Counted from the first letter of the stretch, positions 24,801-40,084 are shown. The stretch is 64,000 nucleotides of DNA from Epiperipatus broadwayi (GCA_028023455.1 JAQFVV010000004.1:24366001-24430000), one strand, 5' to 3'. Notes: generated by a model from the sequence alone, not told the origin. Numbers and translations: made by a program.

Positions 24801-27800
24801 CCCCTACACATCGAAGTAATATTTTATTAGTTTCAGACATTACTTAAGATACATAATAAACATAAAACTTAGCATTCAATAAAAAATATGTATTCTATAA
24901 CTTAGAAAAAAAGAGAGGACATATATTATAAAACAAGTTGAAAGAAGATTCAGTAATAATTACATAAATAAAACTATGTTAATTTTAAATAATAAGAATT
25001 TCTATGAAGTCATAATGCAAACTTATAATCAATAAATTATTTCCACAACATACTTTCCAGATGTGAAGACAAGTAAGTGCACTTCTTTATATATATATTG
25101 TGCCCTTTTCTATAGGTCATAAATAGTCAATTACAGAAAATTACTAAAAAATTTAAATTTTAGAATATGTTATTTTAATATGTTGATTATATTTTGATAA
25201 TTATATCTTTAAAGTATAGTTTGAAGCTAAAGAAAATACGTGGTATATAAAATTATAGCGAATCATTTAAAAATAGTTATGTAAGGCTTTAAATATTGTT
25301 GCATATGGTTGCAAAAGCTGGCCATATTAAATAACTAAGCTATAAATATTTAAAAGTATATTTAAATGTTAAATTTTAATAGTTTTAAACTTATAGAAGT
25401 AAATGTATTTAAATTTATAAAATCATATTTAGTAATGATAATTTAAAAAAAAACAAAAACATATATTTTAAAAGTAAACTTTATGATAGTGAAAATTGTA
25501 TTTAATTCTATATTTTCTAAAATTGTTCTTCCAAAATTTTATAATTATATTATTTAATATAATAAATGTAGCAATTTTATAAATCCAGACAGAGAAATAA
25601 ATTGAAAATCGTCTGTCTAAATTTTATATTGATCATGTGACTTTTAATACATGGTTAAACACACACGCTTGTTTGAATTTAGATTAACAAAGTTTAAAAT
25701 ATTTAAAAGTTGTATTATAGAACTGAATATAATTACTATCTATCATAGAAGTGAATATTAAATAGTCGTTATAAAATGTTTCTAAAATGTTTTAAAGTAG
25801 TATCATAAAGACGAATACAGATATAATAAAAATTAAATATTTTGTTTAAATAAAACTAGATAAATTGAATGTTAAGAATGGAATAGGTTATTAAAATTAT
25901 TTTAAAAGTTATTTTAAATGTTTAAATAATTTAAATAAAATAATAATTGATTTAAAAGTAGTATTATAAATAATATTTCAAAGGTTTATTACATCATAAA
26001 TTTTTATTTTAAAAATTTAATTCTGCAAGTTTGCAAAATATGTAAATTTGATCTCAAACTAAAAGTGAGAATTGACCAATCAAATGATGTATTCTCTGGA
26101 ATATAAATATGAATTGAACGGGGGGTCTAGGGTGTGATTGAAATGTTTTTTAAAAGGTAGCTGAACATATCAGAAGCTATCAGGTGATTATAATTTTAAC
26201 TTTATTATTTTAGTCAATTTTAGCGCTCTCATAATTTTATTTGCAAAAGCTAATTGATATTTTAAAAGTAACTTGCAAAAAGAGAGTGTAAACTAAAAAA
26301 ATATTTTAATAATTTCATTTAACATGCCTTGTTAAATTTTTAAAAGTCCGTTATCAGTGGTATTTTATCAAAGTCTAATTCAGAACCTAGCAATAAAAAT
26401 GGATATACTGCAAAATAAAATGTATATAAATTATAATAATATAAAAATGCATAGAATGTTTGTTGATACTATTTTATTAATGCTTGACCAGAGAATTGTT
26501 TTGGTACATAAAAACCACAGTACGGACATTATACAGATGCAATGGAAAGCTATTTGCTGTCTAAAAAAAAAAAATTGGAGACGCATTATTATTTATAAGC
26601 TTATCCAAGAGTTTAAAAAAAATAGAAGATACTTATATCTTATGAATTGTTATAGAATATCATAATAAAAGGAATAAAATGTTTAGTACTTTGTGAAGGA
26701 AACATTTTTTTTTAAAAATATCTTTTTGCAAGAATTAAAAAAAGAGCTTACAGAAAAGATTTTACTTAAGCATTGTGATATATAAAACTTCTTGTCTCAG
26801 AAGTACTTTAAAAAAAACCCCGCATCTTTAGAAGTATTTGTTTTAAAAAACTTTATTAAGAAAATAAAACCTATGTAAAAAAGAATGAATATATAGTAGA
26901 TGAATAAAAGGTGAATCCATGAAAATACAAAATATAGTACGTAAAAGTTTACTGGATAACTTAAGTTAAATTGGATGGAGTGATGCATCAGATGCACCGG
27001 CAGAGAATATTGAATAAACATCGTGGGAATAATTCTTTAATATTACAGTTTAATAATTATCATTCTGAACAGTAAAGACCCAGGATTATTTTTTATAAAC
27101 TTTACTAAAATGGATTAATAATTATTTTATTTTTAAACTTTAACTCTAGAGAAAGTAATAAACATTTTTCGAACTTTATCATGAACTGTTTGTCAAGAAA
27201 AAGTTAATGGAAGAAATAAGTAATTATAGTTTTTGATTTTATATTACTAATTTAGTTAAATGTAAATTTTCTATTTTTTATAAGATTAGGAAAACATAAA
27301 CATTAAGTCATTAATAATATTAAAATTTTATAATAGAATAATCTAATAATTCAGATAAGAATATTTTTAGATAAAATGTATGGATGTATTTTCTTTATGT
27401 ATGCAATGATCGGTATTTAGTGGATGAAGAAACCTATTAAAATGATGACCAGATAAAGGTTATTTGGTAATGATAATGAATATTAATAATTTATAATGTA
27501 TATTCTTTGTTTTCTTTTAGATTATCTATGAATAGTAAGAAAGGAGTATAAATGTTTTAATTATAAATGTAAACACATTTTTCATACAACATTTTAAAAA
27601 ACATTATGAGATAGGATTGATTTGAAAATATGCATACAATGATTTTTATATTAGTGATATAATCCAACATAATAACAAATATTTGTGTGATTCTTTTAAA
27701 ATTTTCATGTTAGGATATTCAAATATTATCTGATTAGATTGTATATGATTAAACATACAGAATGATGAAGTAGACAAACTTTTCTTGTGGAACAGTGAGA

Positions 27801-30099
27801 TTGTTTTAAACTATCAGTGAATTTTATTTATTGTTTTTGTAAATGCAGATAGTTATTTTATCAATGTAAGATGTGGAAAATCTTGAGAAATATTGATGAG
27901 ATAGTGTCTTGGAAGTACTTGGGTAGACAGGAAACCAAGATGATGTTTTTAAAAATAGGATGTTATAAGAAATGTGAATAATACTTATAGTCTTTGTGTA
28001 GATATCAGCATAGTTAACAAAGCCCTATGACTGGTACACATTTTATTTGGACAGTGTTTATATTTCTTTAAATATTTGATGTTCTAATAAAGCTGAAGGA
28101 ATAGCTTTAACATTGTTCATGTATTAGAGGTTATTAGACAGGTAAAGGTCATACCTATATATCTTGTTAATGCACTGTGCCATGATTTTGAGATATGTTA
28201 TGAGTGATACTCTAGCTTTCTTTCTTAAATCCTATGCATCTATTTTGCTATCTTTATTTCATGTAACTGCACTGTTTAGTAAGATATTTTTTGAAAAGAA
28301 ATGGTAAATAATTTAGAGTTTAAGTTATGCTATCGTTTGTATAAGATTGGTTTATTTGCATAGAAGGAATAAAATTTTATAACTTGAAATTGAAGGTCCA
28401 ATGAATCCCAAAGGAAAGGAAAGAATCATAGAATATCTTTTGAATTTATTTCCGAAATGAAATATAAATTTTTAGAATAGAGTATCTAAACAAAGATTTT
28501 TCTTTAAAATGTTAATAACTTTTGAATGCTTTATTATTATTTGGAAAAATAAGTATTGCATATTTTTAAAATACAATAGTATAAAATAAATGATGTAAAG
28601 AATAGGCATAATATGTTCTTTTATTTATTGAATAACAGGAATATATTGATGATTACATTTATATCATACTAAAGTAAGGCTAAATAGGAATATGTTATGA
28701 TTAGTATACTTCATATGATAAATGATATCCACTAAAATCTAGTAATGAATTTTGGATAAATATTTTATGTAACATCTTTGACATTGCAAGATGAAATTTG
28801 TTTTAATATTTTGAAAAATCCATACTCATTATAATGTTAATTTTTGTTTTCTGTGGAATGTTTTCCTACAAATGTGTTTTAAAGAAAAATATAGTTAAAT
28901 AATATTAAGGATCGAATATTTTTTTTAAATAAAATAAATAAATATATTTGTAATAAGTTAACCATAAAGAGAAACCAAATGGTATCATTTTATTGTTGTT
29001 ATCTCAAGTCTAAATAAAGATATAAAATAGGTATAAATTATTTTATAACCCAGTAAATAAAAATGTAAAGTATAAAATAAGGATATCCATTGTAAATAAT
29101 GTACATAAATTGTTTATTTTATTTTGTTGTTATTAATAAACTTTATTAAAATTTGTTTTTCAAAATTTTTTGTGTCTGAATTGTTTATTTCTCCACTTCA
29201 CTGCATGAAATCACAATATATTCATAATAATTGAAACAAAAATATAATTTTGCACAGAAAGATAAATAGAGAGTTATTTTAAGAATTTAAATATTTTATT
29301 GGTATTCTATTTAATTAAATAATCATAATTTTACATTATTTTATTGGTCATAAATTAATGATCACAATAGTATATTGAATTATATGCTATCAGTTGCCAC
29401 ACACTTTTGTTTGTCAGATTATCAAATGCTACCATGTATTTATTATATTATTACATGAAAATACAAGATCATATTATATTATTTTATTATGGTAAGAAAA
29501 TTATAATATAAGAAAAGATATACAGAGTTAGTTATACAATGAAGAATATTATTATTATTTTATTGTTATTAGTTTAAGTGTAGTAGATTATGACATAAAA
29601 TCCCTTCTCATATTTTACTACTGAAACTGAGATTTTATAAAGCTAAATTATTATAAATAGAAGATTAAGATGTAATTATTAGCTTAATCTTAGTGAGTAG
29701 AAGTTATTAAAGTCGTAAGAATAGTATGAGTTTGTTATTTGAAATAGTAATAAGGGGGGATAGTGTTCTTATGCCATTGAGGTAGTATCCTGTAGGATAT
29801 TGGCTCAATGTAATCTATCTTGTCACCTGTATTTTCACTTCAAGTCTCATGAAAAAATTAAATATTTATTTAATTTATTTTTATAAACTGAACCTTATTT
29901 GTATTTTAAGTTTGAGCTAGTAAAATATTTAATTTTAATGCTGAATATTTTATTTATTAATTATTAACTGAGCTAGAACCCATTTTATTTATATCATATA
30001 CTATCTGGAAGTGAGAATGACATTTGGCATGGTTAGAATATATATATAAATATAAATGTTTATTACCAACAAGCTATTAACTGAGTATAGTCTATATTT

Positions 30100-30660
30100 T
30101 AACCAAAAATCATAAACCAGATTACCCTTACAAGCCTATTGTAGCAAGTATTGAAAGTGCTCTGCAGAAAATATTTCAACATTAGTTAATAGGTTTGTTT
30201 ATACATGATATTCCACCATCATTCAATTCTTATGTACTTTCTTTCAATTTTAGAAAACATCAAATCTCAATCATCAAATAAATATTTTTAGTATTTTTAG
30301 ATATTACATCACTATACACTATATACATCACAATAATGAAATTGAGGTGATTAAATCCATTTTACAAAAAAGGAAGTATGATTATCACCATATTATAACT
30401 ATTACTGAATTAATATATTTAATCTTTAACAAATTATCATTTTTAATTCTATATATTATTTACAAAAAGCAAAAAATGGCACCTGAATACCAACAATTTT
30501 ATGGCCCAACTGGAATTCTTTATCTTAGAAACACTAAACTTAAACCCCACACCCGACTTAGATATATAAATGATGTTATAATATAATCATATAGTAAAGA
30601 GGAATTTTACAATTTTTTAGAATATATAAATAATTTTAATAAAAATATGCAATATGTAAT
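30100..30660 (+). pseudogene. PLE RT fragment
   Basis: HKPDYPYKPIVASIES (cf. HKPGIPLRPIVS), LDITSLYT and RYINDVII (cf. RYVDD). Confidence 0.7.
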
Positions 30661-31877
30661 GAAATTTTTTAAAACAATAACTCACTTATTTGATGTTAAA
30701 AGTATTTACAGTAACATTCTTAGAAGAAGTTTATATAATAAGTTTTGATAGTTATAGTTATCTACATTTTCATAGTAATTACTCTAAGCACTTAAAGGTT
30801 AATTAATATTCCTTAAAGTCAATTTTTAATAGGAGAATTTGCAGAAGTGCAAATTTCTTTAATAAAATAACAATGTTTTAATAATAAATTTATCAATATG
30901 AGAAACATTATTTGATAAGGCAATAATAAAATTTTCAGAATTTGAAAAAAAGGAATACTTTTTCTACTGAAGAAAAAAAGCAATCATTTAGAATTTCCAC
31001 CATTATTTCTTATCAAATGTTAATCACAGAGGCTAAACTCTCCAAATAGTAGCATAAAGAATGGTGATTAGAGATATTTAGTGGTTCAAATCTTAATCAC
31101 ATGCTACAGAAACAGTTTAACTTATAAAATTCAACATATTATTTAATATATATTTTTCCAATCCACTTCAAATTTTATATCAAAGAAAAGAACATTTAAG
31201 AATAGACTTTTTGAAACAAATTTGATTACTAATTTTATTTCAGGAAAAAAGAATGTTTTTTTTATATGAAAATAAAGTATGTCTTACATGCTAACATATT
31301 AGTGTCACAAAACTGGTCCAAGGTAATACCATTAATAAATTTAAATAGTATGTCCTCATTATGTCAATTGTAAAAATGTAAACTCAATATATTTTTAATA
31401 GAATGTAACAAATGTTTGAATTGTTATGTAGGAGAAGTGGCAAACAGTCTACATATTAAAATAATTAACCATAGATATAACATTTTACATAAAAATTTCA
31501 TTTTAATTTACTAGATCACTCAATTGAAGATTTAAGAGTGTCATATTACAGAACAATCTTTCTTCCATAAGAGAAAAAAAAATTATAATTTTATTTTTTA
31601 TTTTTAAATTTAAGACTTTGCATTCACATGAAATGAATATGAACATATGCATTATTTCATACTTGAATTACTTTGTTAACATACTATTTTTTTATTGTTT
31701 ATTATTTAATAAGATAACCAGTAAAAAAAAAATTATATTTGAAATTTAACATGAATATATAATATTTGTATACAACTATTTTTTATATAGACATATATTT
31801 TGTACAAATGTATTATCTAATTAATAAATTATTATTATCATTATAATTATCATTATTATTATAATTATTTAATGATA

Positions 31878-32115
31878 TGAATAGCTGAAGAATTGAAGCC
31901 TGTCCATTAAAGTTTGAAGATTTGCTATCTTAATATAAACCAAGCGCTTATGTGTGTGTGGAAGATGATAATCTGGACCAATTGATGAGTGCTGGTTCAG
32001 TATATACATATACTGGAGATCATTTTTTGCATGTAGGTGGTCATGTGTATCTGTTGTATAAGATAGAGTGGATAACTAAAAGAAGCTTGAAAGTCTGGGT
32101 TCAAATTCCCTCTAA
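31878..32115 (+). repeat. HHR family-1 partial unit with a degenerate ribozyme (31977-32016)
   Basis: ACCAA TTGATGA GTGCTGGTTCAG, then a deletion removing GAAA; flanks match the family. Confidence 0.85.
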
Positions 32116-34229
32116 TTAACAAGCTTTGATAAGAAAATATTTAAAGTTTTTTTTGGAAGAAAATATTTATAATAATAGATTTGTAATTGCTTAAATAAAC
32201 TCTCTAAAAAATAAGAATTATTGGCTTTATCAGATATGGAAACAATGTTTATTTTTACTCTCCTGATAGCATCCTTTAGCTATAATTTCTAAAATGGTCC
32301 TCTGGTTGAAACATTAAAAACTATATATTTAAAATAATTATTTATTAGTCTATTTTTATTATCTAGCTGAATTGCTAAATGTTTTTAGAAAAAATTCAAA
32401 CACTATTTATAATTTTGCAAATACATTCAACTATGTTTCAAAAGGTACTTTATTACTTTCTACAAAACAGAAGTATAGAACACAAAATTATATTGTGACT
32501 AGTATTATTGTCTTCTCTTTTTTAGGTGCTTCTGTCCTGATCAAGTGATAGCTTGCACAGAAATTGATTGAACCCGTACCCTTTACTTTCATAAATGCGA
32601 ATTTAACATGATCTCTAACTGATTAGGATATTCTATCAAAAGCAACAGCCAGTAGAAATTTTTTTATCTATTAAAGTCCACCTGATATCTTAATTTGTTT
32701 AAGAGTAAGGTCAATGAACGGTTTCCAAGACTAATAGAAAACATTCAAATATCTTATCCTTAAAAGATAAATTTAATGAAATCAGAAAGAGTAAATATAT
32801 ATATATTTACTGACTGTTGCCTTTAAAAGAATATCTTAGTTAGTTAAATTATCATCTCAATTTCAGCATTTACTAATCTAATGATCATGATTCAATCCCA
32901 TACTAGCTGTTAATGGTCAAATCACCATTCCCTCAGGAAAAAGAAAAAGAATAAAATGTTGAATTCTATATCAATATGTATGTTATCATTAATTGTTGAA
33001 TGTATTTAGAAGGATATAAATAAAGTTTGAATTTTTCTAAAAATATTTAATAATTTGATTTGATGATATACAAAACTACCAAATAAAATGTCATTATCAC
33101 AACCTTAAGACTATCAACATTTAAGATAAAATAGTTTTAAAAAACATATATTATTCGTAATATTAATTATAAAAATACTTCTTTAAACAATAGATTTCGT
33201 TTTTACTGAACCCTTTAAAAGAATTAAAAGTTCTCACTTTGAAAAAAAAAATCACATAAAAATGCCTATGTGTAAAAATATGCCTGGAAATATATATGCT
33301 TACAAATTCAATCAAAACCCTGATCTTGTGAATTGAGTTTAACAGCTTTATGGGTAATTGCTTTTTGATGCATGAGAGTGTTGAAAGCCAAGTTTATATT
33401 TGATAAAACAAAATTATTGAGAAATAAAAACTCAATTTATTTGGTTTGTACCAATTATAAGTACAGCCAAAAAAAAAAAAAGTTCCTTAATTATCGTATT
33501 TTCTTAAAAAGTTCTTTGTAGAACTCAAATTCTGTAATGATATTATATAATTGGTTCTTTTAGATGATAGATTAACAGTAAGAATCTGTTAAAGAACTCA
33601 AAGAGGTATAAATTATTATGAATTTCATCATCTAAAAAACCAATACTAATATTTTGGCAGAATATTTAGTTTCTCAAAACAATATATCGTTGATCGACTT
33701 AAAAGTATGAAATATATATATATAATAATCCTCTAGTAGATTGCAAAATATTTTAATTAGCATTCATTTAATAAAAAAGGATTTTTATAGTTATGTGATC
33801 ATTATCATTGTGATGCAATATTTAAATGGGTGATATATGTGTATGCAAGTATCTGAAATTATACATACACACATAACACGAGAATATGTACACCATAACA
33901 TAAGAATATTCTTATTAAATAACTATGCTTTGTGCATTTTTATTTTAAGCAATTGAATTTTATATTATTATTATTATTATGATCATGTTGATGATGTTTC
34001 AAAGCAAAACTTTATTGCACCAAAAAATAAGGTTACTTCAATAAAGTACAAATTATACAGTCAGTATTGAATTGCAATTCAAATATATACTTAGTTATGG
34101 AAGGTTACAGAATGATTACATATACTGTATACAGAAATTTTTTTTATAAAAGCATAACTGATAATGGGAGTTACATATATTTTATTATCTTTTTATTATT
34201 ATTGTTGTTGTTGGTATTATTATTATTTA

Positions 34230-37200
34230 AAAGGAATTTTTATTAATGACTAAAAGGTTACATTAACTATGAATCACGCTGCATAGATATGTTTATATTA
34301 CAAGTGAAAGGATAAAATAAGTGTGCATACATAGAGGAAATGGGATGGGATAGACTCAGTGAATTATTTTTCAGAATTTTGCATAGTAGAGCATGAATGG
34401 ATGCTACAATATTCATTTGCTAATTTCCATTTAGATATGTTTTATATAATTATCTTTGATTAACCTTTGAGCAGGGTGGTATGCATATGTTAAATGTTTT
34501 TTTCAGTTCTTGAATAACCTTTTAGTGTTCATTTTATTTGATAGATATTTGTGAGTGATAGTTCATGTAATTCCAGCTTTCAAATGTCATATGTTATCAC
34601 TGTATGTGGTGATCAGCAACATATTTGTTGTGTTGCTGATTTTAGTATGCACTTCAATGTTTGGTTGTGGACTTTGAGATCAATAGTATGCAATGAGATT
34701 TAAATTCTCTGTATTTCAGTTGCTGATTAATGGCACATCTTTTTGGGAGAGATTCTTGTTGTTAACATAAATTGGTAAGAGTATAGTGGCCAGTTAGAGG
34801 TTTGATTGCTATGTTACAAAGATGTCACAATGTGAAGTTTTTTTAATCCCTGAACCTTAATTTTGCCAGTTTACTATTAAATGTTGTGGTGGTTTGTATT
34901 GTTTCCTAAGGTGAATGTGTGATGAGTGCACTGATATGTATAAAGCATGAAAGTGCTGTGCAGATTGATGGGCCAGAGCCTTGGCAATATGTGGCAATGA
35001 TTGTCTGGGAATAGTGTTGCATTGTTTATTGGGTCTGGTCATTCTGTCCATGGCTGAACAATGATAGAATAGATGTTGCTGTCTTTTTTCTGCCATATGA
35101 CATAGTGAGCAAAAAGGATTGACATTGGTGTACAAATGCCATTATCTCAAAAAATATGAAGTGAGTAAGGTGGGGAGGTTTAATTTTAGTAAAAAGTCAA
35201 AATACATTGGCTCTAGAGACCATTTTTTGAATTTAGCAGAATATAACTGCTGATTCTAAGCATTGTAAAATTAAAAATCATGGTGCAGATTTGGATGGAT
35301 CAATGAATAGATTTGCCAGTACAAATTCTGGTATACAGTTTAAGAAATACCTGTGATGATGTGGCTTTTATATAGGTGATGATGGATGATAATCATTCAT
35401 GAGTGGGGGTTGACTATTTGTTGGTGTTATTTGGAAAAGACATTGTAGCATTTGGAAAGTGTTTAAGTGTGGCTATTATTATGTTTGCGACTTTCTGCAG
35501 ATTAAAGGTATAAATAATATAAAGGTAAAATCCATTGAGGGTAAGTTATCTGCTAAGATATTTTGCAGATGTGGATACTGACTTTGTCTGTCACAAAAAC
35601 TTATTAAGGTAAAAAAGTAGTAGGTGATTTTGATGATGTTTAGATGGTTGGACAGACATAATTTTGAGAGTGAGATAGTGATTTTCTCACTTCATTGTCT
35701 TTACACTTATACAAAAGGGGAAACCCAGATAAGTGGATGGCTTTCCACCATATATTTCTGTGTATAGTTTGGTGTTATAAAAAGACTAAATAGCAGTCTT
35801 GTTTAGATTGACATTGAAGAAGACAGTTATATCATCCACATAAGTCATGCATGCTACCTGCTGAGATGTGTTTGGTATTTAAATGCCAGTGAATATTTTC
35901 TGGATCTTTATTAGTAGTGGGTTGTAGTATAGAAAAAGTAGATTGTTTGGGAGAGAAAGGTATGAAATTTTTGCCATTAAGTGTGATATGGATTTAATAT
36001 TTTAGCAGTTAGTTAGCATGTACAGAAAATTATGAGGAATTGTGGTAGAAGCCAATATGCCAATTAGTACCTTGATTGCCATGGAATCAAAAGCTGCCTC
36101 AATATTTATCTAAACTGCAGTAGGAGCATTTTTTTGCTCACACTGAGCTCAAAATTGCCTTGAAAATAAGTGCTGCTTGTCCTATTGATGATTGCTTTCT
36201 TGTGAACTGATATGGTAAAATTAGAGGCAGTATATATTACCCATCTTGTGTTTTTAACCACTTTTTAAATAAGATTGATGGCTAGTGTAACCTTGGAAAT
36301 TTGTTGAAGATTGGTAAGGGTAATTACTGAAGCTGGTTTCTTGTTGAAAGGCACTATTGTGACTAGATAAAGTTTCTCAATATTGTAGATTTTTTATGAT
36401 AGTTTTCAATGTCCTATAGCACTTGAGTAATTGAACAGCTGAAGTGCTCATACACAAATTTTGGTATGCCATGAGTACCTGGAAGACATGCATTGGGCAG
36501 AGTAGAAAGATTGCTTGCAAATTCAGTAGCATTAAATGCTGTGTCTCAGGTAGTCCAAAAACGTCATGAAGTGGGATGAAGAGTTAATGAGTTTGAAGCT
36601 TCTGTTTGCAATTCTTATACATAGTTTTAATCATATTATAAACTGTATATGTGGATTTTTGATTCAAAGAGCCAAGATCACTCCATTTGTGGAAATGTAT
36701 CTTTGGGCTCATCAGATGTAGCTTTTAGTCCATGTATGCTGTTTACAAAGGCAGATATTGCTTTTTATGGCTAAGTAGTCTTTAAGTGCTGCATATGTTA
36801 TTATATCTGTAGTTGAGTTCATGCATATACTGTGAGTGAATTAAGACTTTGCTATCTGCTTATGTAGTTCATCAGTCAGAGCTAATAGTTTGGAAGGTTA
36901 TGGTATTTTTCTGGTGATGTGGTAATGTTAAATGAAAGTATATTTGCATATGCCTGGTATCTCTGTTCAGGGCTTAGTTATAATCTTTCAAGCTTGTGGA
37001 GCATAATATATGTTTCAGAAAAAAGAAATTCTGGAGTGGATCCAGGAAATAGAATTCTCATTTGTTTTTCCAAGAGGTAATGTAATTGTCTGAATTTCAC
37101 CTAGGATGAGTATTGTAGTTTGTGCAGGGTGGTCTGAGAATGGAGATGGTTTGAGATTCAGGCTGATGTAGCAATACAATATTGATGAATAGAAGCAAAA

Positions 37201-39000
37201 GTCAATTAATGGTGTGTGATGATTTTTATGGAATGTTACTGCATTTGGAGATAAGGATGATTAGGTAAAGAGTTGATGTTAGTAGTGAGTTGGTTGTGAG
37301 TATAATGTTGGAGAAGGTGATGTTTCCATGTGGAATGTAGATGGTTATTATGTTGAGGGTGTTTGTAAATTGATGAAAAATTGCTATTAACAGGTTTGCA
37401 TCATTATATATATATAATCTTGAATAACATTAATGGACAACTTGAAGTTATAAGAAAACCAGTGTCCCCTGAAGGTTTATGACATACCCTTGGATTAAGT
37501 AATGATCCCCTCATTGTTAAGGTGCACTACAGGGTCAACTGTGATTGGCTATATATTTTTGTCTCCAGAAAACCTAATATGTGGTTGTGTGATTCTAATC
37601 CATTGCCCAAGATGGAGTACTTTGTTAGCAGAATTTAACCTCCGAACATTAAAATCTGTTATTCTGACTTTTAATTGATGTTGTATGTGGAGGGGGGGGG
37701 CATTTGCACTTCAAGATATATTAATCTGGTTTTCATCATGTGAGCTGTACATCATTGGAGATTCATGATTAGTTGTAAAGGAGTTGTACATCATTGGAGA
37801 TTCATGACTAGTTGTAAAGGAGCTGTATATCATTGGATATTCATGATTAGTTGTAAGGGAGTGATATTCAATGGTATTAAATATTGTTTGAAGGCTGCTT
37901 ATTGATGATGTACTGTTGTACTTGTCTATTTCTGGTTTTTTATTATTTTTATTTTTTGGGTGTGACCTGATCATCTTTTTATTTCTATTGTGGTTAATTT
38001 GACTTGTGAGAGGCAGAACATAAGTGCCTCCATCATATATGCTGATGTGTTGTGTGTGATACTTGTTTTGATGGTATTTTGCATCTCACAGGAAGGGCTG
38101 TATTTATTCTAGGTTGGTATTTGAATCTGTCAGGTGTTATTTTTTGGAACTCATATGTGTTATTTGGAATTGTTTAAGTGGTGTTTGAATCTATATCTTG
38201 CATGCTACTTGGTTCATCTATGATGTAGTTATGATTATTTGTGGTTTATTCCTTGAGAAGTGGGTGAAAGTGGTTCTTCAGATGAAGAGTTGTTTGAATC
38301 TGGTTATTTATATCTGGATTTATGTTAACTGTGTATGTGTGTGATTGAGCTAATCATTTATGATTGTGGATTTTTGTTGTTGTCACATTATGTTGTAAAA
38401 TGGCCATACTGTCCACATGAGTGGTATTGTGATTCGAGTGCCCTTATGAAGTATCTTAGTATATATTCTTGATCTGCAATGTGAGTAAAAATATTGTTTG
38501 GATTCATTTCTGGATGCAATCTCAGTTTGAAATCAAAGCTGTTGTTGTAAACTAGCACTGGGGTATCTTTCAAATAAATTGGGTTAAAAGCTATGATTTT
38601 TCCAATTGGCTTCATCATTTTCTGAAAGTTTTTGATGTCATACCCAAGCTTGCATTTTGAGTACTCAGGTAATCTGTACCAACTGAGATATGTACATATT
38701 GGCCTAAAGTTTTAATAATGGTTTGAAAAGAGTCTTTTGGCTTTCTTAATAAAATTCAAGGATTAAATAGCATGTATTGGGATGATGAGCAATTCTCAGT
38801 TCTATGTATTAGAACCCATGTAATGTTATTGGGTCATAGAGTAAATTCCTGGGAAATTTGTATAGAAATATATTTATGTATGTGGCTGATAATATTATTG
38901 AATGCAAAAAAAATCTTTTAAACTCATACAGGCCTCTTGGCATCAAATTACTGAACCTCTCATTAATTAAATTTTAAATTATTGTTATTACAATGCATAA
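34230..39000 (-). mobile_element. Near full-length decayed L1/Tx1-like LINE (ORF1 with zinc knuckle, APE, RT, C-terminal CCHC)
   Basis: Minus strand has HSCGQYGH (ORF1), FNVRRLNSANK (APE start), INIEAAFDS, YVDDI and FCSLCHMAEKRQQHLFYHC. A (TTA/TTG)n run at 34181-34228 is the likely 3' tail. The 5' boundary is approximate. Confidence 0.8.
37742..37858 (-). repeat. 39 bp x3 in-frame tandem repeat in the LINE ORF1 region
   Basis: gagctgtacatcattggagattcatgattagttgtaaag x3, translating as the 13-aa repeat FTTNHESPMMYSS. Confidence 0.95.
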
Positions 39001-40084
39001 GAGGGGGTAGTTGAATTTCTTATGTTTGTATGTAGAGTTGCAAAATGTTGTTAGTGTTTATTCTTCAGAAGCAATGAAAACCTTTATCATTTTCTGAATT
39101 TGTAACTTGATTATGATTCCTTTATTGTAAATTATTTTTTAAAGTATTGATATATCTTTTGGTTTAGTCTATAGTTTATAACAGTTTGGAGAGTTTAGTG
39201 CCATTCATCTAGTCACATGGCTCAGGGATCACCATTTAAATGTATTATGCCATTGAGCAAAATTTGTTAATTGTAACAAATTAATAGTTATATATATGTT
39301 TTTTTCTGTTAAAGAGAAATAATTTTGATTACTTAATACTAGTGTTCACACACACACACATATATATATGGTTATAAGTCTAAAATGTCTTTGTTTCAAG
39401 GTTTTTCTTGGTTCAAACTCTAAGAGCTTTGTAAACAATAATCTGTCAAAGTCAAGATTTTCTGTTAGACTTCTTCTTCTTACTTCTTTTTCCTATTCCT
39501 TCTCTTCCATTTCTTTTTCTTCTTTTCCTCCTTTTCTTCTTCTTCTTCCTCCTCCTTCTTATTATCATTATTATATTTCAAAAAGGAACTTTTTTGAACC
39601 AAATAGATTGTACATTGACTAATATTCACCCACATATATATATATGTTGATCATTGAATTTTTATGAATGGGTTGATATGTCTAACTCTGTATGTTAAAT
39701 GATAGTTAAAATTTTTATTAGGGGCATGTAATAACATATTTAAAGCTCAGTGTAATATTTTAGTTACATAGATTTATGTAGTGCGTACATGCATACATAA
39801 ATTTAAAAGGGAAGTTACATTAATTTACATGTTTAGTATTTAATGATTAAATATGTATACAAAACAGAGAACTTTTTTTCAATAATTTTTTGGTGTAGTC
39901 TTATAGATGTCTTGCATAGTTGCTATGTTGCATTGAGTTCATACAGTTATATCAGTACTTACATAGGATGCCTTCCAGAAGCTTGCCAGGGGTTTTATTT
40001 TAAATTATTCCATTTTCGGAGGCCTTGGACATATCCCTTTTTTAAAAATTTATTAACTCTCTCTTTTTCGAGGCATCAGAGCCA

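Noticed and set aside
25295-25345. LLHMVAKAGHIK, ankyrin-like
   Set aside because: Single short match flanked by stops, with no further repeats.
32560-32620. ESKGYGFNQF on the minus strand, RNP1-like
   Set aside because: Isolated, in a frame with a nearby stop, no RNP2 and no splice support.
39368-39622. 84-aa ORF
   Set aside because: Built largely from a (CTT)n microsatellite.
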